This document shows, one piece after another, positions 42,782 to 54,569 of a DNA stretch of 64,000 bases. The position numbers and the translations under genes were made by a program. Origin of the DNA: an uncultured Alphaproteobacteria bacterium (GTDB lineage Bacteria > Pseudomonadota > Alphaproteobacteria > Micropepsales > Micropepsaceae); NCBI GenBank assembly GCA_963713195.1, contig CAVQKX010000001.1:108292-172291 (forward strand), written 5' to 3'. The notes beneath the pieces were generated by a model that searched no databases, was not told the origin of the DNA, and saw nothing but the letters and a program-made list of their open reading frames with translations. Position 1 is the first letter of the stretch. Each line of letters starts with the position of its first letter.

Positions 42782-42889
42782 CCAGAAGGGCCGTAGGATG
42801 CCCGTCATGCCTGTGCCGACACTGTCGGATGTGGTCTAGCGGTTGCGGCTGTCATCAGCCTGTAGGGCGGGTGAATTGTCGGTAACGCT

Positions 42890-43591
42890 TCAGGCGCGCG
42901 CGAGCAGACTCTTGCGATCCGAAACCAGCACCGGTGTCGCCGCGAACAGGGACTTGGAGGAATCCACCAGATGCACGCCCGCAAACCGCGGCCACAAGAC
43001 CTGCCCCACGCGTTCCCAGCCATTGCCCGTCCCGATGAAGCGGCGCGTTTTCATCGGCGGAAAATAGAGCGCGCTTTCCCAGCGCTGCGGCGCGAACATG
43101 GATTCGCGCAACAGCATCTCCAGTTGTCCGCGCAGATAGGGGCGGCCATAGGCGAAGGGCGAGCGTTCGGCCTGCGCCCAAAGGCTGGCGCGGTTGGGCA
43201 CCACGAGAAGAAGCCGGCCTTCGGGCGCCATCACCCGCCAGACCTGGCGCATCAGCGGGCGAACCAATTCCGCGCTTTCAAGACCATGAACCATCACGAC
43301 CATGTCGAAGGTCTCATCGGCGAAAGGCAATGAGAGTTCTTCGCCCAGGACGCAGAGCGAGCGGCCGGACGGCCACGCCACCACGCCCTGTTGCGCGGGC
43401 ATGAATGCCACAACGCGCTCGGCCTCGCCGAGAAAGCTGCGCAGATAGGGAACGGCAAACCCGAATCCCAGCACATTGCCCGGGCTGCGGGCGGGCGACA
43501 TCATGCGCAGGCGGCGATGGATCATCCGCCTTGCGATATGACCCACCGGGCTCTCATAGAAATCGGCGAGCTTGCGCGCGTTCAGATGCAT
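42890..43591 (-). CDS. Class I SAM-dependent methyltransferase (YafS-like)
   Basis: DFYESPVG, VLGFGFAVPYL, FMPAQQGVVAWP, VPNRASLW; divergent from gloB. Confidence 0.9.
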   Translation of the reverse strand: MHLNARKLADFYESPVGHIARRMIHRRLRMMSPARSPGNVLGFGFAVPYLRSFLGEAERVVAFMPAQQGVVAWPSGRSLCVLGEELSLPFADETFDMVVMVHGLESAELVRPLMRQVWRVMAPEGRLLLVVPNRASLWAQAERSPFAYGRPYLRGQLEMLLRESMFAPQRWESALYFPPMKTRRFIGTGNGWERVGQVLWPRFAGVHLVDSSKSLFAATPVLVSDRKSLLARA

Positions 43592-43671
43592 GGGCCCTGG
43601 CCTTATCCGTTCCCTTGCCAATACACCGCCGGTCCATGCGTTGTTAAGCTGCGCCGGCAAAGGAGACCCCA

Positions 43672-44433
43672 ATGAGCCTCACCGTCACCCTGGTTCCCTG
43701 CCTGAAAGACAATTACGCCTACCTGCTGGCCGACCGGGAAGCCGGGCTGTGCGCGGTGGTGGACCCCTCCGAACCCGAGCCGGTAAAGGCCGCGCTTGCC
43801 AAGGCTGGCCTCAAACTCACCCATATCCTCAACACCCATCATCATTGGGATCACACCGGCGGCAACCAGGCGTTGAAAGCCGAACTGGGTGCAAAAGTGA
43901 TCGGCCCCGGCAAGGATCGCGACCGCATCCCCGGCATCGATGAAGGCGTGAGCGAGGATGCGCCCTGGGCATTCGGCCCGCACACCGCGCGCATCCTCGA
44001 AGTGCCGGCGCACACCAAGGGCGCCATCACCTTCGTCTTCGGCGACATCGCGTTCACCGGCGACACGTTGTTCGCGATGGGATGCGGCCGCCTGTTCGAA
44101 GGCGATCCGCCGACGATGTGGGCGAGCCTTTCCAAACTGATGCAGCTGCCCGACGCGACGAAGATCTATTGCGGCCACGAATACACGCTGAGCAACGGCC
44201 GCTTCGCGCTCACGCTCGAACCGGGCAACACCGATCTTCAGGCGCGCATGCGCGAAGTCGAAGCCGCGCGCGGCCGCAACGAACCCACCGTTCCCTCGAC
44301 AATGGGCCTGGAGAAAAAGACCAATCCGTTCCTGCGCCCCAGCGCGCCGGAATTGCGCCGCACGCTCGGAATGGAGAATGCAAGCGATGTGGAGGTGTTC
44401 GGCGAAACGCGCAGACGCAAGGATTCGTTCTAG
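43672..44433 (+). CDS. gloB: Hydroxyacylglutathione hydrolase
   Basis: DNYAY, THHHWDHTGG, GDTLFAMGCGRLFEG, CGHEYT, TNPFLR. Confidence 0.97.
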   Translation: MSLTVTLVPCLKDNYAYLLADREAGLCAVVDPSEPEPVKAALAKAGLKLTHILNTHHHWDHTGGNQALKAELGAKVIGPGKDRDRIPGIDEGVSEDAPWAFGPHTARILEVPAHTKGAITFVFGDIAFTGDTLFAMGCGRLFEGDPPTMWASLSKLMQLPDATKIYCGHEYTLSNGRFALTLEPGNTDLQARMREVEAARGRNEPTVPSTMGLEKKTNPFLRPSAPELRRTLGMENASDVEVFGETRRRKDSF

Positions 44434-45036
44434 CGCGGCGAAACCGTTTCGAACTTTCCGGTTGCGGAATTCAGCAGTTCGAGCTCGCCATTGGCGATCC
44501 CGAAGCGCGCGCCCTGGAGCGAAAGCGTTTTTGCCTTTCACCCGCTCGGCGATGAAGGGAAACGTCATCAGCCGTTCGAGCGACAGCTTGATGGTTTCGC
44601 GTTCGAGATCGACCTGATTGTGGTCATGGCATTTCTCGACCGCGGGTTCGAGCAGTTTGATCCACGCGCCGAGGAACGGCGTGTTGCCGGCCGCCTTCAT
44701 GTCGCGGGCAGCGGCCACGCCGCCGCATTGGGCATGGCCCATCACCACGATGTATTTGACGTTGAGCTGCAGCACCGCGAAGGCGATGGCCGAGCTGGTG
44801 CCGTGATAACCGCCGCCTTCTTCATAAGGCGGCACGATGGCCGCCACGTTGCGGATGACGAAGAGTTCGCCCGGGCCCGCGCCAAAGATGGTGGCCGGAT
44901 CGGCGCGGCTGTCGCTGCAGGCGATGACGAGATAGTCCGGGTTCTGGCCCTGCGACGAGAGTTCGGCATAGTGGGCGCGTTCTTCCGGCCAGCGTTTGGC
45001 CATGAAAGCACGATAGCCTGCGATCAATTTGTCCAT
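44430..45036 (-). CDS. Beta-class carbonic anhydrase
   Basis: IACSDSR, GELFVIRNVA, VMGHAQCGG; frameshift near 44530. Confidence 0.93.
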
Positions 45037-45129
45037 GCGGCACCTCCAGGGGTTCGCTATACAAACGGGCAAGCCCTGTCGAGTGTCTTTTCGTTGCGGG
45101 CGGCGCGTGCCGCACCCTATCGTCGCGCC

Positions 45130-45615
45130 ATGCCCGATATCCAATACAAACCCGCCTGGCGCAGAGCCGACGCCGCCATCGAGAAGGATGCGCTTGCCTT
45201 CTGGGAGGCCCACGGCCTGATGCCGAAGAACGCAGTGCCCGCCGATCGCCTGCGCGAACTTTGCACCGCCGCCTATGAAGGCGAGCGGATGGTGGCCGTC
45301 TCCACAGCCAAGCTCACCGATGTCGCGTTCCTGAAAAGCCGTATTGCGATGTGGCGTTGCGCCATCGCGCCCGACCGGCGCGGCCAGCATCTTTCCACCG
45401 AGATGGGCCGCTATTCGCGCAATGTGCTCGAAGAATGGGCGCGCGAACATCCGGGCGAACGCGTGATGGGAATGGGCACCACCATCCAGACCGCCAATCT
45501 GGACGAGAAGAAGAAACGTCCCGTGTGGAAGGCGAGCGGCCTGGTGTTCGTAGGCTATTCCGCGCAAGGCCAGCAGGTGCGCGTGGCATGGTTCGATCAC
45601 GCCGAAGTGGAATAG
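45130..45615 (+). CDS. Hypothetical protein, possible GNAT-like fold
   Basis: MPDIQYKPAWRR..., RCAIAPDRRGQHLS resembles an acetyl-CoA-binding motif. Confidence 0.7.
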   Translation: MPDIQYKPAWRRADAAIEKDALAFWEAHGLMPKNAVPADRLRELCTAAYEGERMVAVSTAKLTDVAFLKSRIAMWRCAIAPDRRGQHLSTEMGRYSRNVLEEWAREHPGERVMGMGTTIQTANLDEKKKRPVWKASGLVFVGYSAQGQQVRVAWFDHAEVE

Positions 45616-45664
45616 GTTTTGATCGATGCGCAATCTGACGCGAACCGCGTCGCGGCATTGCGTT

Positions 45665-46312
45665 TTATGTAAATTCCATCGCGATGGCCGCAAAATGCAT
45701 CACGGCCGCTGCCAGCACAAATCCGTGCCAGATCGCCTTGTGAAACGGAATGCGCTCGATCAGGTAGAACGCGACACCCGCCGAATAGATCAGCCCGCCC
45801 GCGATCAGCAGCCAGAAATCGATCGCGGCAACGGATGCGGCAAGCGGCTTGATCGCGGTGACGATGAGCCAGCCCATCGCCAGATAGAGAACGATGCTCA
45901 CTTTCTCGAAGCGGCGCGGAAACAGCATCTTGAGCGCCACGCCAAGCGCCGCCGCACTCCACACCAGCGCGAGGATCACATCGCCCACCGGATAACCCAA
46001 TCGGTCGGCGGCGAACGGCGTGTAGGTGGCTGCGATCATCACAAAGATCGCGGAATGATCGAAACGGCGCAGGATATCCTTGAGCGTTCCGGTGGGCGCC
46101 AGGTTGTAAGCCGCCGATGCCACGATCATCGCAAGCAATCCCGTGCAATAGACCGAAACGGCGGCAACCGTCGCGGTCCCGCTCACATGCGACAGAAGCC
46201 ACAGCGTGGCCGCGACCGCGAAACCGATGCCGAGCACATGGATCACCGTATCCGCCCGGTGTTCGAGGCGGGAATAGAGGCGCACGGCCTCCTGCGGCAG
46301 CTTGATCGTCAT
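45665..46312 (-). CDS. Hemolysin III/PAQR (TrhA-like) membrane protein
   Basis: EHRADTVIH, RRFDHSAIFVMIAATYTP, HKAIWHGFV. Confidence 0.93.
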   Translation of the reverse strand: MTIKLPQEAVRLYSRLEHRADTVIHVLGIGFAVAATLWLLSHVSGTATVAAVSVYCTGLLAMIVASAAYNLAPTGTLKDILRRFDHSAIFVMIAATYTPFAADRLGYPVGDVILALVWSAAALGVALKMLFPRRFEKVSIVLYLAMGWLIVTAIKPLAASVAAIDFWLLIAGGLIYSAGVAFYLIERIPFHKAIWHGFVLAAAVMHFAAIAMEFT

Positions 46313-46508
46313 GGCGCTATGCTAACAGGAGAGTTCCGGCGAAATCGTAACCGCTTTGGGTGCTTGTTGGAGCGCGACGGCGAGCCGCTAGGCGCCCGCC
46401 TGTGGCCGTAATGTTGCGGTGCGGAACATTTGCCGCGCGCCGATGCCCCATGCCGTGACAGCCGCGTAACAATATGGTCATTTCAAAGGGATTCGGCAGG
46501 GGAAAGCC

Positions 46509-47536
46509 ATGAGCGAACTTGTTCTTCCGCGACGCAGCCAGGCCGTGAAATGGCAATTGCTGGCAACGGCATCGGCTCTGGCGCTGCTGGCCAATGTTGC
46601 CGCGATCCCGGCTGCCGCCGCGGACGAGGACAATCACTTCTATTTCGAAATCGGCAGCCAATACGGAATGCAGGCCGGCGGCTCGACCGCATGGTTCCTT
46701 CCCTTCGCCGCTCCCGGCGGCGGTGGCGAAGGCGGAGAGGGTGGGGAATCGAGCGTCGAACGCTCGCCTTCCACGCTTGGCCCGAACGGTGCGGTGCTTC
46801 CCATCAGCGCGCGCCACAGCTGGGATTTTCAAGCTCGCTGAAAGTGCAGCCTGCCGATACCGATCTGATCTTCTCCCTCGGGGTGAAGTTCGGCCGCAGT
46901 GCGCGACGCGATGTGAGTGTGGCGACTGCCCAACCCACGGAATACGGCACCGGCTATTATTCCGGCTTCGCGAGCCATCGCGAAAGCCATCTGAATGTCG
47001 ACTTCCAGGTCGGCAAGGATTTTGGCCTTGGCATGTTCGGCCATGACGGCACGTCGGTGTTCAGCGCAGGCTTGCGCTACGCGCACTTCACGGCGCGGAC
47101 GGATACGGGCTTCTACACTTCGACCAAATATTTCGCGGGCAGCGGGGCGACGCGGCTGCAACGCAGCTTCACCGGCATCGGCCCGATGATTTCATGGGAA
47201 GCATCCGCACCCTTGAGCGACAACGAACAGGGTGTGATTGCGCTCGACTGGGGTGCCAACGCCGCCGTGCTGTTCGGAAAGCAGAAATCCAGCCTGATCC
47301 TTGCCTACGACACCGGCACCGTGCTCGGAACGGGGCGCAGCCACACCGTCACCGTGCCGGAAGTGGGTGGGTTCGCGGGCATTTCCTGGCGCCCTGCGGA
47401 GACCGGGTTCAAAATCAGCTTCGGTTACAAGGTGGATGCCTATTTCAACGTGCTCGACGCTGGCATCTACGACCGCTTCGAAGTGGATCGTATCCAGCAC
47501 GGCCCCTATCTCAAGGTCGGCATCCAGACGAACTAG
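46509..47536 (+). CDS. Outer-membrane beta-barrel protein (Lpg1974-like)
   Basis: Extended signal WQLLATASALALL, DFQVGKDFGLG, RSFTGIGP, C-terminal HGPYLKVGI; frameshift near 46830. Confidence 0.78.
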
Positions 47537-48892
47537 ACCGCGCAGACGAACTCTTCGAACTTGCCGCGCGGACCGGCGGGAATTTTCGCGTCGAAATAGA
47601 CAAAGCTCAGCGCAAACGGAAATCCGAGCGCTTCGTGGATCACAGCGCCCAGATCGCTCTGCTGCGCGGGCGTAAGCGGGGCTTCGGCAACCAGCCGCAC
47701 CTCGATGCTTTCGCGCGCCGTCTGGATCAATTGATACTGCGCAATGGGCGCCACATCGCGAAAGCGCGCGAAGCCCACAAGCGGCCAATGCCGCGTGCCA
47801 TCCGGCATCAGGATCAGGTTGCGCTCACGGCCCAGCACGCGCTCAAGCGTCGGCAGGCCGCGCCCGCAGGAACACGCACCACCCCTTTGCGCATAATCCC
47901 CGATATCGTAACGGATAAGCGGCGTCGCGAAATTGTGCAGGTCTGTCAGCACCACCCGGCCCGTCTCGCCCTCGGCAACCGCACGCCCGTCATCGCCTGT
48001 CACCTCGACGATCAGGCTTTCGGACATGACGTGATATTTCGCCGAATCCGGGCATTGCACGGCGATGATGCCCGCCTCCTGCGAAGAATAATTGTCCGCG
48101 ATGCGCGCGCCCAGATATTGCGAGGCGTCTTCGCGAAGCCGGGGGGACAATGTTTCGCTGATCGAACGGATCAGCTTGAGATCGGGCAAAACCGTTTCCA
48201 TCTTGCGCAAATGTTTGAGCAGCGCATCCAGCACATTGGGATAGATCACCAGCACGTCCGGCGAGAACTCCGTCAGCCAGGTTCGCGATCTGCGCGATAT
48301 CGGCGGTGATGGGAATGAGTTGCGAGGGGCCGGTTTCAAACAGCAGGCTCGCAGGCACACCCCAGTCGGGGCACACCTTATAGGCCGGGATGGTGGGCCG
48401 GATGGCGGAAAAACGCAGATCGAATGCGCGTTCGTGCCAGAAATATTCGCGCAACGTGATGGCGAGCCAGAACAACTGGCTGATCGCCGTTCGCCGCACC
48501 ACCACAGGCTCGCCCGTCGAACCCGATGTGCGCGCCTCGCGCACCGGCTTGTGCTCGGCGGGCGCTTCATCGCAATGAACGTCGCCGCGTTGCAGATCGC
48601 GCCGCGAAAGCAACGGCAGGCGCGAAAGATTTTCCGGCGCGCGCAAATCGCGCGCCGACAATCCTGCCGCCTTCAACCGCGCGCGAAAGAATGCGGAGTG
48701 ATCTGCGCAATAATGTGCAACACGTTCAAGCTGCTCATGCTGACGCTGAACGATTTCGTTCGCGCCGAGCCATTGGTTCGCATCGAGCTGGCGCGCGAGC
48801 AATTCCAGCGACGCCGAAGGGCCGCGCAGCAATGGCGGCCAGCCCAGTTCGGGCACCCCGCTTTTGAGCGCATTCCACAACGCATCGCTCAT
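47533..48892 (-). CDS. Phenylacetate-CoA ligase (PaaK/CapK-like) family protein
   Basis: RTSGSTGEP, YSSQEAG, TDLHNFATPLIRYDIGD, CSCGRGLP, GKFEEF; frameshift near 48280. Confidence 0.88.
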
Positions 48893-49695
48893 GCGCGTTC
48901 CATCGCCAGCAGCGGGCAGCGTTCGGCAAGCGGATAGGCGCCGCATTCGACAAGGCGAATGTTCGCAAAGCCTTGCGGAATGGTTTCGCGCAGTTGGGCG
49001 AAATTCGGAAAGCTGTAGACGTCCGGCGAATTCGCATAAACGTCGATGGTTTCGATGTCTTCCGCGCGCCAGCGGGTAGCCGTCGCCAACGCCGCGCGAT
49101 CGGGAAACATCGCATCGAATGTTTCGCGGATCGCTGTGACCGCGATGTTGGGATCGCCCGTCTCGGCCACGACAGACATGGCGAGTTGCCATTTGAAGGC
49201 GTGAAACGAACGGCATTTGCCCGCAAGCGTATCGCGCCGGAGCGCCTCGCGCGTCTCAACCTCATCGGGGGTCTTGAACAGGCGCAACGCGATCACGCCG
49301 CCAGATACGAGAAGACGCGCCGCCTGCGCGAACAGCGTGCGGTAATCGTCGGGCCATATGAGCGCGCTCAAACTTCCATCGCCGAGAATGGCGGTGAATG
49401 TGCGGTCGGCAAAAGGCGGCGCCAGCCAATCGGCGTTGCGGGCCTGCGCGCGCTCGGTATCACCGGGCCAGATATGGGCGATCATCGCATCGCTGCGGTC
49501 GATGGCGGAAAGCTGTTGCCCGATCCCGGCGAGTTCGGGCGTCACGCCCAGAAGCAGGATACGCGCGTCATGGCCCGCCGCGATCTTTTCGAAGGCACCC
49601 ACAATATCGGCGTCCGGCCGCAGGGGTGCCGAGAGCCGCGACCAGCGGCGATGATATTCATTCCAATGACTTGGCAGCGCCGCCATCCTGTTCAT
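48889..49695 (-). CDS. Class I SAM-dependent methyltransferase
   Basis: ILLLGVTPEL, AIDRSDAMI, ADWLAPPF, ILGDGS; ATGA overlap with the ligase gene. Confidence 0.78.
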   Translation of the reverse strand: MNRMAALPSHWNEYHRRWSRLSAPLRPDADIVGAFEKIAAGHDARILLLGVTPELAGIGQQLSAIDRSDAMIAHIWPGDTERAQARNADWLAPPFADRTFTAILGDGSLSALIWPDDYRTLFAQAARLLVSGGVIALRLFKTPDEVETREALRRDTLAGKCRSFHAFKWQLAMSVVAETGDPNIAVTAIRETFDAMFPDRAALATATRWRAEDIETIDVYANSPDVYSFPNFAQLRETIPQGFANIRLVECGAYPLAERCPLLAMERA

Positions 49696-49800
49696 GCCCC
49701 GGCCGACCATAGCCCGGCCCCGTCGGATCGATCCAACTCGACTTAAAGGCCGCCGAAATCCTTGATCCTGTGGCAAGGTGGCCGCCCCGATGCTCGGCTC

Positions 49801-50094
49801 ATGAGCGATGCCATGGGAATTGCGGCGGGTGCCATGCGCGCGGCGGAAAACCAGATGAGCGCCACCGCGGGGCGCATCATCCGGTTGACCACGGTTGCGC
49901 CCGCAGCACCGGTCGCCCCGGTAGAGGCCACCCAACCTGGCGGCTACCAGCCCGCGCATGGCGCGATGCCCACCCGCGGGCTGGCCGAGGAAATCGTCAA
50001 CCTCAAACAGGCGGAACTCGGCTTTCGCGCGGGTGCCGCCGTTTTCAAAGCCGCCAACCGGATGACCAAGCGCACGCTCGACCTACTGGTCTGA
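49801..50094 (+). CDS. Small flagellar basal-body rod/hook terminal-domain protein
   Basis: AMGIAAGAMRAA and LAEEIVNLKQAELGFRAGAAVFKAANRMTKRTLDL resemble rod/hook D0 helices. Confidence 0.72.
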   Translation: MSDAMGIAAGAMRAAENQMSATAGRIIRLTTVAPAAPVAPVEATQPGGYQPAHGAMPTRGLAEEIVNLKQAELGFRAGAAVFKAANRMTKRTLDLLV

Positions 50095-50307
50095 GCCGAA
50101 ACAGCCCCTATATACCGGCCTCAAACCCGGCCCCGGCGCGACCCGGTAATTGGCCTTGGCCGCGGCCCGCTAAAATGTGATACACGCGGGCCCTAAACCG
50201 GAACGGCTAGCCCAAAAGGCTGAAATCTGGGCACGGGAGGGCGGTTTTCCGTCCCCGGCGAACATGGAGTTTTGCAAGGCCTGAAGCCTTGCGACTGAAG
50301 GATACGG

Positions 50308-52867
50308 ATGAACGACAGTAACGACCCGACACGCAATGCCCGGCCCCCGCAAGGGCGCCAGCCGCTGTCGCTGAAAAAGACGGAAACATCGACCGTCAAA
50401 CAGAGCTTCAGCCATGGCCGCAGCAAGGCGGTGGTGGTGGAAAAGAAGCGCGCCCGCGTCGGTACCGCTGGCGAAACGACAAAGGTCGCGGAAGCGCCGC
50501 GCCCGCAGCAGCCGGTCGAGACCAAGCCGCAGCAGCAGCCTCGCGAAAGTCACCCCGCGGGACACGCCATCGCGTCCCGGCGTCGTGCTGCGTCAGCTGA
50601 CCGAAGAAGAGAAAGTTTCTCGCAGCCGTGCGCTTGCCGGTGCCCGCGTCGAGGAACTGGAAGCCCGCAAGCGCGCCGAGGAAGACGCCAAGCATCGCGC
50701 GGTTGAAGATGCGCGCCTGGCCATCGAACGTGTTGCCGCCGAAAAGCGCAAAGCCGAAGAAGACGCCCGCAAGGCTGCCGACGAAGTGGCCAAACGCCAT
50801 GCGGAAGAAGAAGCTGCCCGCAGGCTTGAAAAGAGAGAAGCAGCCCCCGTTGTCACTGGGAGAAGCCCATCGCCGCAAACCGGCCATGGACGAAGAAGAA
50901 GAATCGAACGCCAAGAAAGGCCCCGGCGGCAAGGCCGCGCCCAAAAACGCGACGCCCGCGCGCAAATCGCCGGAAGATCGCCGCCGCGGCAAGCTTACCG
51001 TTACACGCGCGCTTTCGGATGATGACGAGCGCGTGCGTTCGGTCGCCGCTTACCGCCGCCATCTGCAACGCGTGAAGGGCACGCAGACCCAGCCTGCCGG
51101 TCCCGCCGGCCCGCGCGAAGTCACGATTCCCGGAAACCATTGCCGTTTCCGAACTCGCCAACCGCATGGCGCGCCGCTCGGTCGATGTCATCAAAGTGCT
51201 GATGCAGAACGGCATCATGGCGACAGGTCAACGACGTGATCGATGCCGATACCGCCGAACTCGTCGCCACCGAATATGGTCACGCCGTCAAGCGCGTCGC
51301 CGAATCCGACGTGCTCGAGGGCCTGAAGGTCACCGACGACAAATCGGAACACCTGGTTTCACGCCCCCCCGTCGTCACCGTCATGGGCCATGTCGACCAC
51401 GGCAAGACCTCGCTGCTCGATGCGCTGCGCAAGACCGATGTGGTCGCGGGCGAGGCCGGCGGCATCACCCAGCATATCGGCGCCTATCAGGTGGCGCTGA
51501 AAAGCGGCCAGAAGATCACCTTCCTCGACACGCCTGGCCACGCCGCGTTCACCGCCATGCGCGCACGCGGCGCGAAGGTCACCGATCTTGTGGTGCTCGT
51601 GGTTGCCGCCGATGACGGCGTCATGCCGCAAACGGTGGAAGCCATCGCGCATGCGAAGGCCGCTCACGTTCCGATCATCGTCGCCGTCAACAAGATCGAC
51701 AAGGGCGACGCCAATTCGATGCGGGTGAAGACCGAACTTCTGCAATACGAAATCCAGGTCGAAGACCTCGGCGGCGAAACGCTCGCCATCGAAGTGTCGG
51801 CCACCAAGGGCATCAATCTCGACAAACTCGAAGAAGCGATCCTGCTGCAGGCCGAAATTCTCGATCTCAAGGCAAATCCGGATCGCAGCGCCGAAGGTGC
51901 CGTGATCGAAGCCAAGCTCGACAAGGGCCGCGGCCCGGTTGCCACTGTGCTCGTGCAGCGCGGCACGCTCAAGCAGGGCGATATCCTCGTGGCCGGTTCC
52001 GAATGGGGCCGCGTGCGTGCGCTCGTCAACGATCGCGGCGAAACGGTTGAAAGCGCCGGCCCATCGGTTCCGGTCGAAGTGCTGGGTCTTTCGGCGGCGC
52101 CCGAAGCAGGCGACGAATTCGTCGTCGTCGATAGCGATGCGCGTGCCCGCGAAGTCACCGAATATCGCGCCCGCAAGCGCCGCGAACAGCGCCAGAAGGC
52201 GATGTCGCGCCAGACGCTCGACCAGCTGCTGCAAACCCGCAGCGAAGGCGAAACGCGTATGCTGCCGCTCGTCATCAAGGGCGACGTGCAGGGCTCGGTC
52301 GAAGCCATTCAGGGCGCGCTCGAAAAACTCGGCACGGCCGAAGTGGCGGTGCAGACGCTGCAATCCGGCGTCGGCGGCATCACCGAATCCGACGTGATCC
52401 TGGCGCAAGCCTCAGGCGCTGCCATCATCGGCTTCAACGTGCGTGCCAACGCGCAGGCCCGCGAACGTGCGCGGCGCGATGGCGTGGAAATCCGCTACTA
52501 CAACATCATCTACAATGTCGTCGACGATGTGAAAGCCGTGCTTTCGGGCATGCTGGCGCCGGAAATCCGCGAAAAATTCCTGGGCAATGCCGAAATCCTC
52601 GAAGTGTTCAACATCTCGAAGGTCGGCAAGGTCGCCGGTTGCCGCGTCACCGAAGGCGTGGTTCGCCGCGGTGCGCGCGTGCGCCTGGTGCGCGACAACG
52701 TCGTGATCCACGAAGGCGAACTCTCGACCCTCAAGCGCTTCAAGGACGAAGTGCGCGAAGTCCAGACCGGCCAGGAATGCGGCATGAGCTTCGCGAACTA
52801 CAACGATCTCGCCAAGGGCGACGTGATCGAGTGTTACGAAGTCGAGACCATCAAGCGCGCGCTCTGA
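50308..52867 (+). CDS. infB: Translation initiation factor IF-2
   Basis: [48 protein letters not shown]; frameshifts in the N-terminal region. Confidence 0.98.
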
Positions 52868-52898
52868 GCGAACGCGCGTCTTGGGGGCATGACAACCC

Positions 52899-54560
52899 AT
52901 GGCGGCAGATATTTCCGGTCTATCCGGCATAGGCGGGCGGTCCGCCGCAACCGCAGGATTTTCTGCGCGCCATCGATAACGCCATGCGCGTGGGCGATAC
53001 GCAGCGCGCTATGCAGATTTCAGCGGAAGCCGCAAAGGCGGGCGTTGAACATCCCAATGTGTTGATGCTCGCGGCCTATCACTTCCTCGGCTTGAACCAG
53101 CCCGACAAGGCGTTGCTCTGCGCCAACCGCGCGCGCGACATCGCCCCGCGCAACCCGGACATGCTCAACGTGCTCGGCTGCGCGCTTACAAAGCTCAACC
53201 GCATCGACGAGGCGCTATCGTGTTTCGATGCGGCGCTGCATTATGCGCCGGGCTCCTTCATCATCCATTTCAACAAGGCGACCGCGCTCGAACAGGCAAG
53301 CGATCTGAAACGCGCGCGCCAGCATTTCGACCGCGCGCTGGGCCTCAACCCCAACCATGCCGACAGCCTGACGCATCTTGCTCATCTTGCCTCGCAACGC
53401 GGCGACATGGCAGAGGCTCGCGAATATGGCGCGCGCGCGTTGCGGATCGATCCGCATCAGGTCTATGCGCTGTTCGCACTCGCCGCTGCCGATATTTCCG
53501 ATAAGAATTACGAAACGGCGCTTGCCGCTTTATCTCCCGTCGCGCGCGATGCAAGCGCAACACCGCAAGCACGCGCCGTGGCGCACAACATGATGGGCGA
53601 TGCGCTCGATGGCATGGGGCGCATCGACGAGGCATTTCGCGCCTATACCCAGTCGGGCGAAATATTCCACGACCTATACGCGCCATCCTTCACCGAACGA
53701 AACGCCACCGCATTCACGCGCCGGCTCACAACCTATTTCCAGCAAGCGCCCACCGAACCATGGCGCAACACTGCCAAAGGTTCGTTTGAAAACCCCGTTC
53801 GCACGCATGTGTTCCTCGTGAGCTTCCCGCGCTCCGGCACGACGCTGCTCGGACAGATTCTGGCTGCGCACCCTGATGTCGAAACGATGGAAGAGCGCGG
53901 TTGCCTGATCGATGCCCATCCCTGCCTCGCCGACAAGCGAGACGCTTGACCGGCTTGCGGCCATGAACGGCGCCGATCTGGATTCGCTGCGCGAGGCTTA
54001 TTGGAAACGCGTCGGCGAAGTTTGGGCCGCGCCCACCAAGCCCGTCTTCATCGACAAGCTGCCGCTCAACACAGCGCTGTCTGTGCCTGGTCGCAAAATT
54101 GTTTCCCGACGCGAAAATTCTGTTCGCGGTGCGCGATCCGCGCGATGTGGTGCTGTCATCCTTCCGCCGCCGCTTCGGCATGACGCAGCAGATGTTCGAA
54201 TTGCTGACGCTCAAAGGCACAGCCAGCTTATTACGACGCCGTGATGCAGATCGCCGAGGTCTATCGCGAAAAGCTCGAGCCTTGATCGCTATGACGCGCG
54301 CTACGAAACACTGGTGACCGATTTCACCGCGGAAACAAAGCGGCTCTGCGCATTTCCTCGGGATCGCCCACGATCCCGCAATGGAAGAATTCGCGCCCAA
54401 GGCGAAAGCCCGCCACATCGACACGCCGAGCGCCGCGCAAGTGACACAAGGCCTCTTCGCCCACGGCATCGGCCAATGGCGGCCATATCGTGAGCAGCTT
54501 GCGTCCGTCATGCCGGTTCTTGCGCCGTGGGTCGCGCGTTTCGGCTATACCGCCGATTAG
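52899..54560 (+). CDS. TPR-containing sulfotransferase
   Basis: TPR repeats, PAPS motif FLVSFPRSGTTLL, FIDKLPLN, VRDPRDVVLS, TPSAAQV; several frameshifts. Confidence 0.88.
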
Positions 54561-54569
54561 GAGATTTTC

